Below, one piece after another: positions 11,209-22,659 of a DNA stretch of 64,000 nucleotides. Where the stretch lies: assembly GCA_030704615.1 (NCBI GenBank), contig CM060732.1, forward strand, positions 5,208,001 through 5,272,000, read 5' to 3'. Both the position numbers and the translations under genes were made by a program. Source of the stretch: Takakia lepidozioides (taxonomy: Eukaryota; Plantae; Bryophyta). The notes under the pieces are model-generated. The model searched no databases. It saw only the letters and a program-made list of their open reading frames with translations, and was not told the origin of the DNA. Numbering within the stretch: the stretch's first letter is position 1; each line of letters opens with the position of its first letter.

Positions 11209-13257
11209 TTGACCTCGGCGCCCATCTTGAGACGACCTATCAGGGGGCGTCCTTTTCAGCTGCATACAGATTGGAGCATGCTGGGGCTTGGAGCGGTGCT
11301 CACACAGGTGGATGATGAGGGAAGAGAGTTCGTAGTGGTTTATGCTAGCCGCTCGAACAATGCTGCAGAGTCTAAGTATAGCTCATATGAGGGAGAATGC
11401 TTAGTTGCAGTGTGGGCCGTGGCACACTTCAGGTGCTATCTATATGGCAATCTCTTCACCCTTGTCACGGATCACCAACCACTCAAGTGGTTGATGGAGT
11501 CAGACAAGCTTACGGGGAAGCTTGCACGGTGGGCACTCATCCTTCAAGAGTATGACTTCCAGGTGGTGCATCGACCGGGTTTGGTCAATCGCAATGCAGA
11601 TGGGTTGAGTTGCAATCCATGCACGAGCCAGCAGGATGACACTGGAGCTCGGTGGCATGGTGAGACGGACGAGGAGATGGTGCCCGGATGGCATGCATCT
11701 GCATTTCTGTGTATCTTGGCAGCGGAAGGCCAGGTTGGACCTGCAACAGGGATGACTGTAGATCAAGTGTCTGAGGACCCTGAGGCCAGCAATGAGCAAG
11801 GTGGTGCCAACGATATACATGAGGATTCAGTTGTGTTGGACTACCTCCGCACTGGAGACACTGCAGCCACTGTGACTGCAAAGGAGAGGGATCGGATCCT
11901 ACAACGAGCCAAGAGGTTCAAGTGGGAGGGGACACACCTGCTCCGAGTGTGGGAGGATGGTCGAGTGAGAATTGTGCCTCACCCAACACAGCGGGCACGG
12001 TTAGTGCGGCATGCCCATGAGGAGTTGGGGCATTTTGGGGTGCGACGCACTCATAGTCTACTGCAGGGGCAGTATTGGTGGCGTGGTATGCACACAGAGG
12101 TGCAACAATTTGTGGCTAGGTGCATGGTGTGTGACAAGGTGCGTGCTTCATTCAACGCCCCTACTCCACAATTGCACCCTCTTCCGATCATGGGATTGGG
12201 CTACAGGTGGAGTCTTGATTTCGCAGGGCCGTTGCCACTGACCATGCGCCACAACAAGTACGTGTTGGTGATGGTTGAGCACTTCTCCAAGTGGATTGAA
12301 TTGGTTCCATTGCCTGATAAGGCTAGTGAGGGAGCTGCGTATGCATTCTTGGATTGTGTGCTTAGCCGATTCGGTGCTCCAGCTGAGGTACTCACAGACC
12401 AAGGGAGAGAGTTCTTGGGGGAGTTTCAGGCTTTGTGTGACAAGGCCTTGATAGACCACCGCACCACTTCTCGGGATCATCCTGAGGCCGATGGCTTGGC
12501 AGAGAGAGTTGTTCAGACATTAAAGAGGGGTTTGCGCAAGTATGGCTTGCAGAAGGGACACCTAGGAGATTGGGACCTTCAGTTACCCTGGTTAGCCATG
12601 GGCTACAGGTTCAGCAAGCAAGCATCACTTGCCTCCTTCTCATCATACTTTCTTCTCTTTGGCCGAGAGCCGGATTTGCTTACATCCATTCGCAGAGAAG
12701 CTGCTACAATTCTTAACCTTGACGATCCGGACGTGTGGGCACGTGTATGTGAGCAGCGTGCAGAGTTATTCAAGAGAGTCATGCCCATGGCTTTCGAGAA
12801 CCTTGCCATTGCACAACACCGTGATACGTTGAGGTATGCTACCATACGTGGTGGGGGCTATCGTCCTGGGGTTCGGAGATTCAACCCTGGTGACTATGTC
12901 TATCTGCAGCAAACTGCTCCTACGACCTTGGATGTGACTGCAGGACGTGTTATTCTGAGGGTTCGAGAGGTCTTGCCCTCAGGCGTCTTGGTCTTGGAGG
13001 GTCGGGATGGCATAACTTGGAAGGACCATGTGCGTAATTGTGCGCCATGTCACCTTCCGAATGTCGATGGCAGGATAGACCCAAACTTGACAGTGGTATC
13101 TGAAGGTTTGAGGTGCATGTTGTGTGGGTCTGCTAGAGGGGCAGCCACCATGCTGGTGTGTGATTGATGCTCTAGAGGTTGGCATATAGGATGCTTGACT
13201 CCACCTCCTGAGATGGTTCCGGATGGGGATTGGTTATGTCCACATTGCATTGGATAG
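11209..13257 (+). pseudogene. pol: RNase H, integrase and C-terminal PHD finger
   Basis: LHTDWS..GAVL, YEGECL, TDHQPL, ADGLS (RNase H); HEELGH..CMVC, LDFAGPL, TDQGREF, GLAERVVQ (integrase); CMLC..MLVCD*CSRGWHIGCLTPP...GDWLCPHC (C4HC3). Confidence 0.95.
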
Positions 13258-13506
13258 TGGGAGTGGATACAACCATGGAAGGCTAACAAGAAACGCAAGG
13301 CCCAGCTACTAGGAGACCTTGAACACACGAGGTCCTGGCTCAAGTTCACAGATTGCAAGACGGCGATTAACGATGGGGCTACTCTTGTACCCGGCCTCTT
13401 GGTCTATAGAGTTTGAGTGCAATAGGGGCAGTGATAGAGGACTTAGTACGGCTGTGGCTATTACATCTTGTAGCTATCTGGAGGTAGAGGGACCTACCCA
13501 CCAGCT

Positions 13507-13516
13507 AGGGGGGCGA
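13507..13516 (+). promoter_or_regulatory. Polypurine tract
   Basis: aggggggcga just before the TG that starts the full 3' LTR at 13518. Confidence 0.7.
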
Positions 13517-13517
13517 T

Positions 13518-13962
13518 TGTGGCAGACTACTTTATTGTGTATATATATGTGGTGTGGTTTGGACAGCGATGTAGTTGTGTAGCGATATGTATGCGCACGA
13601 CAGCTGTCAAGTTAAATAAGCACAGTGTGAAAAGAACTAGAATAAAGCTAGTTATTTGTATTTAACACTTGGATTTAGGTCAAGTGTTAAATCAGGTGTC
13701 AAGTTTAGTTTGACACCTGAACGGCCTTATCTTCACGAGAGCGGCAGTCGCGTAGCTCATCTCTCTCGAGTTGAGCCTGCGCGACCGAGCTCCTTCATGC
13801 GTTTAGATCTGAGTGTGCTTATGATGGGAGTGTAGGTTGTTGTGGGGTGGAGTCCCCATAGCGTGGGGTGCCCCTGGCTCGACTTCTATTTTAAAGAGTG
13901 ATAGCGATGGATTTCATATTTCTTGTGTTGAGAGTGTGTGTCCTTTTTAGCTCTATTTATCA
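13518..13962 (+). repeat. Complete 3' LTR (A+B, 445 bp, TG...CA)
   Basis: Starts tgtggcag after the PPT and ends tttatca, the same end that precedes the PBS in the 5' copy. Confidence 0.88.
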
Positions 13963-14048
13963 TTGTGGCAGACTACTTTATTGTGCATATATATGTGGTG
14001 TGGTTTGGACAACGATGTAGTTGTGTAGCGATATGTATGCGCACGACA
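13963..14048 (+). repeat. Extra copy of LTR segment A at the right end of the element
   Basis: 86-bp match to 13517-13602 with two transitions; ends gcacgaca. Confidence 0.95.
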
Positions 14049-14215
14049 TCTTAATTTTGGGATGCAACTTGTCATCTACAACGAAGGTTTGCACCTTGTT
14101 GCAAATCTCAATGCAGCAGCGACCTGGCTCCTTTTCAACCCCTCTGACCTTCATCATTCTTCTCACCTTTACAGTATCAACCCACCTGCCAGCTACAACA
14201 TACACTACAACACAC
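14049..14215 (-). pseudogene. E2/PG-box part of the PPR-DYW pseudogene split by the retroelement
   Basis: VYVVAGRWVDTVKVRRMMKVRGVEKEPGRCCIEICNKVQTFVVDDKLHPKIK. Confidence 0.88.
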
Positions 14216-14551
14216 CCTATGTAATTTCGACGATTAAGTTTGACGCTGGCGTTGACTATTGTCACTTTCGACTATTCCAACCATTTTGCAGACAAATTTT
14301 ATATTAAAATATTCGAGGTGCTAGACAACCGCGAAAATTTTGACTGTAGTGAGAGACTTTGACTACCTAAAATGAGGTGACTGAGACAACCAGTTAAGCA
14401 ATGGCACGTGTAATCACAATATATAAATTATATAACAATATATATGTGGATAATAAGAAGTTAAAAAAATACCTATTTTTTCACTGATCCAGCACATTAA
14501 TAGTAAACTAATCGTGTGCTGGTTAAGATTAGTGAAACAAAATAACTGAAT

Positions 14552-14780
14552 TATATGAACGAATGATAAACAAACGCCTTACTGGCAGCTATTGGATGAA
14601 CGTATGAAAGGTTAGTGACACAAAACAACTGAATTACCTGAACGAGTGATAAACAAACGCCTTGCTGGCAACTATTGGATAAACGTATGAAATATAATTT
14701 TTGTGCACTGGATGAACGTATGAATGAACGATAAAGAAAACGCCTTGCTGGCAACTATTGTATGAACGTATGAATGGATG
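14552..14780. repeat. Three imperfect tandem copies of an ~80-95 bp unit
   Basis: Core gataaa(c/g)aaacgcctt(a/g)ctggca(g/a)ctattg.at.aacgtatgaa repeated three times. Confidence 0.75.
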
Positions 14781-15142
14781 ATAATGCACTTGGCTCGAGT
14801 TTAGGGTTGCTAGGTCACAGTGTGCAGCCTCGCTGGGACTGAGTGTATTTTTTGGGGTCGGTGTGGTTCGAGAGCTCCGCAGGCTTAGGGACTTCGTGTT
14901 TGTTTGTCTTTGTGCCACCATCTGTGTTTTCTTAAGGTTCGCAAACCAGGATAAGCGGTTTCTAAAAGACTAGTATCTTGTTGTGTGCACATGAGAGAGC
15001 GGGTGGGCGGGGGGAGGAGAGAATAAAGAGAGAGAAGTGTCGCGCAACGAGTATACTGTTTGTGGGATCGACCTGTATGTTTGCTCTTGTTGTATCGGCC
15101 ATGTCACGACGTGTGCTATATGGGAGCTTTAGAGCGGAGACA

Positions 15143-15265
15143 GCAAGGAGTGTTCAACAATATGGCTGAACGAGATGTGGTGTCGTGGGGTGCAATGATT
15201 GCAGGATATGCACAACAAGGGCGCGGGATGGAGGCTTTGCAGATATATGAGCACCTTCTTCAACA
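15143..15265 (+). pseudogene. Isolated PPR motif fragment
   Basis: QGVFNNMAERDVVSWGAMIAGYAQQGRGMEALQIYEHLL. Confidence 0.8.
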
Positions 15266-16194
15266 CATTCCAGCCTGTTTTCCTTGTTATCAGGATTCAG
15301 AGTCATCCCTAAATTTTCAGGTTGAATCACTAGAAGCATTCGTGTCATTTACCACTGGGGTAACAACTCATTTTGAGTCGTAAAAATAAAAAAACTGGGA
15401 TCGACTGAAAGTTACAAACGACTAGTTACAACAGACGTGGTAGTTGGGCTGGACATCCAATGATTGGAGTGGTAAGGGACGCAGACGCGCGAACAACTAC
15501 TCAGCGATTAATGCGATTAATGCTGAAGAACCACGTGGCGTAACCAGGCGGGCCGCCCGTGTGTCTGACCTTTTGGGCTGACTTTGACTTTTCCCTCCGG
15601 ATGAGTGGACCGACTCACCGGAGCGCGGTGACACATGGACGCGGACGACGATGTGGACGCGGACGTGGCGGCGCCACGACGAGCAGCATTGCTGTCACGT
15701 GGCCACGGGCCCGGGGCGCCACGTGGTAGTAGACCACATAACTTGCAGTGCTACATGCCCAGTGGCAATTGCGACTGCGGAAGTTGGCACAACCACTGCT
15801 TTACTACTTTAAATGAAGTGCTCGAAATTACTTGAACAATCATTCATAGTGATTCATGCTTTGAAGTTTTGGTGTTTGTAGTGAGTCGACTAGTACATAC
15901 GTATGTAATGCCATACAAGAGAATTAATCGTGCATTAGAAGTGCACAAACGATGAAAGACATGCCATGAAACAAAATGAAATGAAAATGAATGAAATGAA
16001 ACAAAATGGTACTTTATTACATCTGCAAAAAGCTCAAAGAGCTTATGGGACAAAATGAAAAAAAATAAAGTAAAAAAACAGCCCAAAAGCTACTGCTGCT
16101 CTGGGGATTGCCTAAGGGTCAAGGCCTCGTGCAAGTAAGCTGCCAAGCAGTTCTGATCCTCATAATGCAAGACTTCAGTGAGTTCCACGGAATA

Positions 16195-17210
16195 GACCAT
16201 CTATCCATGGAGGTTTCTTGTAGTTATTGATCCACAGGGAATCATAGGTAATCTTGTGCTTGAAATTTGGCCCTCTAGGATGAATCTGGACCCACACTCT
16301 ATCCCTGCTCCTTCAGCTATCCATGCCCCTGCACAAATCATGCATTCATCGTTGCCTTGCTGCTAGAAGCTAACAATGACAGCCTAGATTTGTTCAGCTA
16401 AGAAACACCCAACTCAGCTTATCACACTAGTTCCTATGCTCAATTGCGTCTGCTACTCTCTGAAATGTAGCAGGCATTCACCTTTTTGCCTCGGTTGTCC
16501 CATCATTGACTGGGGGCAGAAAAGTATTCATTCCACAGCTTCTCCTCATGTCTGTTACTTGTTTTTTGATACTTTCATGTTGTCACATAGCAGTATCATG
16601 TCAAAGTCACTCCAAACTAGATTCACTCAACCAGCTAACTTGCAGAATTCAACACGGAAATTTTGGGCCGATTCTGATAAGAGGGAAAAGCAGGGTGAAA
16701 TGTGTTGAAGAAGATGCCTTTGTTAACAATGTCTGATTTTATCAATTGTGCCGTTGCTACCAGTTGACCATCTACCCATTCAGGTTTCTTGTAGCTTCAT
16801 AGTTAGTCTGGAGCTTGAAGTCCGGCCCTCTTGGGTGAATCTACAGCCACACTCTATCCCTGCTCCTTCAGCTATCCATGCCTCGCACAAATCATGCATA
16901 CAACCTTGCCTTGTTGCTAGCAGTTGACGATGACAGCCTAGACTTGTTCTAGGAAGCACCCAACTCAACTTATCACACTAGTTCCTGCGCTCAATTGCAT
17001 CTGCTACTCTCTATAATCCAACAAACATTCACCTTCTTGCCTCGATTGTCCCACCATAGACTAGGGTCAGAAAAGTATTCATTCCACAACTTCTCCTCGT
17101 CTGTGTTACCTGTTACTGATACTTTCCTGTTGTCACATTGGCAGAATCATGTCAAAATCACTCCAAACTATCAAAGCTTCACTCAACAAGCTAACTTGCA
17201 GAACTACAAA
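16195..17210 (-). pseudogene. Two tandem intron-split OSB-type PDF motifs (degenerate 5' part of the PDF-PPR family)
   Basis: EEKLWNEYFSAPSQ*WDNRGKK | gtgaat...gtccag | IHPRGPNFKHKITYDSLWINNYKKPPWIDG; second copy at about 16760-17100. Confidence 0.75.
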
Positions 17211-18479
17211 ACACCTCTCAAACCAACCCAGTTCCAAACAACAAGAACCATTCTAGATGATACACACTTTGTTTGCCATATCCAACACACCATAATTAGT
17301 TGTCAGCCTTACATAAGCCTTCTCCAGTCCATCAGGCTTGTTGCACAAAATTGCAAGCCCAGAGGTAAGAATACATGTAATAAGCACCCAAAGGGAAATA
17401 GTCCCTGCTCTACCAAGCCAACCTTGAGGTTCCATTCTAAGCTTGAGATTGCGACTTGACACAGCTAACAGCAATCATGTCAGCTAATTGAGTGTTCCTG
17501 AAGATGTTGAAAATAATCAATCATGGTAATCTCATGTTGTCGCCCACACAATAAGAAAGGGTGTGATGGTAACTCAGGCAGGGCTACTCCAACCCTACAT
17601 GACAAGTGGATTATGTTTCAGAGTGAAAAGGATAGCGTAGCATTCTGGCAGGCAAAGAATTGGTATGCTCTTGAGAAAACGAGCGGTATACTTTGTGAGG
17701 GGACTGCTTCTCATCCAAAGGCACTACAGCTTGTGGATGTACCGTCATGCCTACCATGACAAAGAGGTGAGAATCTGTGAAAAGCCTCACGTCAGCCATG
17801 AAGACAACATATTCAGTCCAGATCATACCTTATCAAAGTGTTAAACTTCTTTGTCTGGATGTCGATCGTACATCTTCTTCACTTGAAATCCGGCCCTCTT
17901 ATGAATCTGGACCCACACTCTATCCCTGGTCCTTCAGCTATCCATGCCAGTGTACAAACCATGAATACATCTTCAGCCTTGCTGCTAGCAGCTGAAGCAA
18001 CTGACACTGACGACGTGAAGTTCTTCGAGGAAACACCCCAACCCTACCTACAGTAACATGTCAAAATCACTACAAAACCACCATAGATTCACCAACGAGC
18101 TTCTCCACATCTACGTTATCTGTTTTTGGATAATTCCTGCTGCCACATTGGCAATAACTCCAGGTTAGGCTTCAGGGCAGTGTTCAGGCTGACATCTAGT
18201 ACATTTCCAGCTTTGACTATGTCACCATGAACCAGTAAACAGATGCAAAGAGCAAAGGAGAATGTAATTTCCCAATGTCTAAGCATCGTAGCTCCATGCA
18301 CGTAAGCCCCCAAGCATTTTTTATCCTCGTAATGGGAGTAGACCTAGAGGGGGTTGTGTCCAAAACTGTAGAGGTTTGGTGCCCAAAGACTGTCTGAAAA
18401 TGAGGTTAGACATAAACTACCCTAGACTTGTTTTCAATCTATGACAAGAACAAAGACCCGATGTCATGATCTCAGCAAG

Positions 18480-19845
18480 CACCCCTTTATAATGTCACCA
18501 TGGACCTTATAATTGTCCTTTTCTAGGGCTGCCAAGCTTGCACATACAATGCACATTGCAAACACAAAGAAACCTGATGTGGTCAATGGGCTAAACACAC
18601 CTTAATTCATGCACCATTTGCTTAGAGGTCTTCAAGGACTCCATCCCACTGTACATATCCTGCAATCATGGGCTCCATGATCATACCACATTTCGTTCAG
18701 CCATATTGTTGAACACTCCCTTTGCATCCTTGATGCACCCACATTTGGCATACATGTCTATGTAAGGGTACTATTCAGAATGACATATGGTACAATTCCA
18801 GCTTTGACGATGTCACCATGGACCTCTTTGCCCTCTTGGCCTTGACCCGGCCAGGCTGCACTCCTTCCCACAACAATTGCTCATATGTCTCCAATTCCTC
18901 TTTGAGCTTGGCATACATCTCCACAAGAGTATTGTTCAGAATGAAATCTGCCACAATTCCAGCTTTGACGATGCAGCCATGGATCTCTTTGCCCTTCTCC
19001 AGTAGGCTTGCACATGCACTACAAACACAAACAAATGTAATTTGTGGTCGGACTTCACCCCCTCCCAAACCATTTGCTCATAGGTCTCCAAAACCTGCAA
19101 TCCCCGCCCCTGTTGTGCATGTCCTGTGATCAGCACGTTCCATGACACCACATTTCGCTCAGCCATATTGTTGAACACTCCCTGTCCACAAGGGTATTGT
19201 TCAAAATGACATCTGCCACAATTCCAGCTTTGACGATGCAACCATGGACCTCTTTGCCCTTCTCCAGCAGGCTCGCACATGCACTACAAACACAAACAAA
19301 CGTAATGTGCTCGGGCTTCACCCCCTAGACCCACATCATTTGCTCATAGGTCTCCAAAACCCGCAATCCCCGCCCATGTTGTGCATGTCCTGCGATCATC
19401 ACGTTCCACCACACCACATTTTGCTCAGCCATATTGTTGAACACTCCTTGTCCACAAGGGAATGCTCCCACGTTTGGCATACATGTCGACGAGGTATTGT
19501 TACATCTGGTACAGTTCCAGTTTTGACAATGTCACGATGGACCTCTTTGCCCTTTACCAGGTCTCCAAGTCTCCAGGGCTGCCAGGTTTGCACATGCATT
19601 GCAAACACAAATGAACGTGACCCGGTCAGGCTGCACCCCTTCTTGCAACATTTGCTCATATGTCTCCAATGCCCTCATCCCGCACACATGCTGGCCATAT
19701 CTTGCGAGATTCAAAGTGTTCCATGAGACAACATCTCGTTCAGCCATGTTATAAACTCTCCCTTCGCAACTTCATAGGTCTCCAAAGCCTCCATCCCACG
19801 TCCCTGCTGTGCATACCCTTCAAGCATCGCACTCCACGACACTAG
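18480..19845 (-). pseudogene. Degenerate PLS-PPR repeat fragments
   Basis: Repeated ITFVCVCSACASL..KGKEVHG.IVKAGI..DVILNNTLVD and VFNNMAERNVVSWN, broken by deletions and frameshifts. Confidence 0.85.
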
Positions 19846-20159
19846 ATCTCGGCAAAACAGGCTGAAATAGGTTGAAGAAGAAGGTGCCCTCACCACATTG
19901 TCCTCTACCCATTGCGGATTACCTCCATGCCTTCTTGAGCCTCACAGTAAAGGCACCAAATTAACTGAGGTATTCCTCTGTCCTACTGGCCCCAACTATT
20001 GACAGCTCTTGGGATTACTCCCTTAACTGACTGATCAATGCACTGTGTTGGTGCCAGCAAAACTTTCAAGCAGCCTTACCCTCCACATGCTAACTGCCTC
20101 ACCCTAGTTCATGATGACACAGACAGGATGGCTGCATGACCAAGAAGTGTGTTACGTAC

Positions 20160-21748
20160 AGGAATGGGAAGATTGTCGTCAGAAGACGCAAGAACCTTGA
20201 ATGCTTTGGGTTGGATCATACGAGCCTCGGCTCGTGTAAGGCCCTAAAGGAATCCCATATGTCTCTCTCTTAAGGACTCCTTAAGCACGACCTACAATAA
20301 CATAGCAAGTTTTTGTGGGTCACTACTTCCTGAAGTCATCTCTATTTTGCAACAAACCAGCTTCCATCTATTTGCCACCTTTACTGCTCCCTCAAATTTC
20401 CTTTTGCATTCTTGCTCTAAATTTGCCCCCTTCACCACCAAAATCTTCCAGGTCAAAAAATTGTAGCTGAAGTGAGCTTATACCTGCATCCAAACGGCGG
20501 TGTCATGAAGAGCCTGCTTTGGAAATTCTGTAAGGTTGGTATGAACTCACATTTCACAACTTCCAGTACAGAAGATGACCATCTAGGATGGTAGAGGCTC
20601 CCGTTTGCTCCCCTGTTTTCCTTCCCCCTCTCACCCTTTTCCTGCCGAACTGGGAGGGTCTATGGCCACAAAACTAGAGCATATCAAGTCTAATAAGCAC
20701 ACCTCTCCCTATTGCAGCAACCTAAGTTTGGAGAAGAGTAGAGACACTTGTATCAAGCTTGTTGATGTTAAGGCCGCAGCTCCCAAGCCATGGGGATGTG
20801 CTCACAAGAAGGGGAAGGAAGGGAATATTGAACATGCAGCGATATCCAAAAGGGTAAGAAATTGATTATAACTCTCAAGATTCATCCACGCAAAACATGT
20901 AACCCCCCTCAGCAAGATCACTAACTGGTTACCTGCGAGTAGTGGCATTTGTCGGCAATCACTTGAGTTGTGTTTGCTGCCCGTCGAAGGTCTGATGAAT
21001 AGACTGCCGCTATCTGCAGGTGTGCACCTGCCAATCTTTCTGCCACCTGTTGCACGTGAGGATGCATGGAGAGGAATATGTCATTTCATCAGCCAACAAC
21101 AACCCGGCCGCCGTTCTCATATCAGCTACCAACCGATTCAATTTGACGCAATGCCAAGTTTATCCTCTTCAAGATGACTGCATCTTCGTCCAGGACTTCC
21201 ATGAGTAAAGTAGCGACTCAAGGAAAAAAAATTCCATCTAGTGGAAGGTTGTGACTTTACAAGTAGGCAATTGGACAATGCAATGATTTCGACCTTCAAA
21301 TTCGGAAAACAGAACACACACGAGCATAAAGTATGTTCTATGGGCTTGGTCAAAAGAGAAAGATGCCTACTACCAACTGCCCACCTCTACAGCACATTTT
21401 TGCCCGCTTTAGCAGCCCAAATGCTGAGAGGGCAGAGTCTACACTTAACTGCCAGCGCCTGCAGCTTGTCGAGGTTGTTGAGGTCAGACTCTGCATGTCC
21501 CTACCAACCCAGTGCTCTGTTTAGTCCTGTGCACTTGCGACCCACCCTGCCTTGGACTTCCCTCCTCCCTCACTTCATGTTCATCACAACCTGTTTGTTT
21601 CTCTACATTAACGCCACAACAGATGTGCAAGCATATGGCATGAGGCAGGCTTATGCACCTGAAAGCGGTCCCCAGCGTTCCAGGTGGTCTCGCCGTGGCG
21701 AACTACCAACATCTCTACTTGAGTGCTCCCCAGTGCTACTTCCCCCAT
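20160..21748 (-). pseudogene. Histidine phosphatase / phosphoglycerate mutase-like gene: four exons, premature stop, 3' exons not found
   Basis: Exons MGEV..VVRHGETTWNAGDRFQ / GHAESDLN..QALA / VAERLAG..AVYSSDLRRA..SQ / VVLKESLRERHMGFL*GLT..PIP (20160-20291), with GT-AG borders. Confidence 0.82.
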
Positions 21749-22659
21749 AGCTGCCTGCTTATCCTTTATCTCCCTTGGGATCCATGCGGCAGAGCTTTGT
21801 GGTTTTATACGCCTTGGGGGACCATTTTTGGCAGAAGGGACACCCTGTCCCATTGGCAGTAGACTGACCATGAACCCAAGAAGACCTCTTGTGCGTGCTG
21901 CTTGTATCTGTAGTCAGGTAATGTGGGATTGGTCCGTAAGAACCACCACGGTACAGCTGAGCGGGCAGAGATTAAAATATGGGCCGCTAAGACCGAGCTG
22001 ATTCCCCCAAGAACCTTGTGATCATCAGGAAGAATACCAAATCATGGTACAAAGGGGAGCCAAGAGCCCACATTTTCACATAATGCGCCCCCTACGCCAT
22101 AAACGCTTGCAACAACAGGACATGGGCCTCAATTTGGTCTTCGTCCTTCTCGCATCACTTGCTCGTCTCTCTCCCAAGCCTCCATCCCTCTCCCAACACT
22201 TAGACAAATTCAGGCAAAGGACAAAGTTACTCTTCCACCCTTAGATCATTTTACATCCGACGATTAGAACAATCTCTACGAGCCACACAAGCCCTAAAAT
22301 ACATTAGAATATTCCACGTCATGAGCCATGTGGAGCACTTATAAAAGTTCCATTTTTGAATAGGGTGTGCAATGAATGCCTAGTTGTTAAGAGTCCTTCT
22401 CTAGTGCTTAAAACCACTTGTAATTGCTGTTTTAAAAAAAAAAACAATTTACGTAATTGAATTAAATCGCCGCGAATATTGCGCCGACTGCAGAGTCATT
22501 GATGCAACTTCTATCCGCCATTAGAAATGCGAATTTATCCGTTATGACTGTGCAGTAGTAACAAACATCTCAAAGTTGTTCCCTCAGTGGTTTTGGACAT
22601 GCAGTCGATTCGGAAAAGACACGAATGCTTCTAGTGAATTCTGCAAGTTAGCTCGACGT

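Larger units (their letters stand above)
2844..14048 (+). mobile_element. Ty3/gypsy LTR retrotransposon carrying a C5 DNA methyltransferase and a PHD finger; permuted LTRs; defective copy
   Basis: Termini TGTC...GACA; repeats 2844-3201 = 13605-13962 and 13517-13602 ~ 13963-14048; domain order gag CCHC-PR-MTase-RT-RH-IN-PHD; flanks cctt / tctt (probable 4-bp TSD with one transition) rebuild the host PPR frame. Confidence 0.93.

Noticed and set aside
2844-14048. Classifying the element as DIRS/Ngaro because of split direct repeats and a methyltransferase
   Set aside because: No tyrosine recombinase seen; it has a protease, a DDE integrase, a PPT and TG...CA ends, and the MTase is C5-type
14552-14780. 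CRISPR-like repeat-spacer array
   Set aside because: Eukaryotic context, only three degenerate units with related spacers, no cas genes
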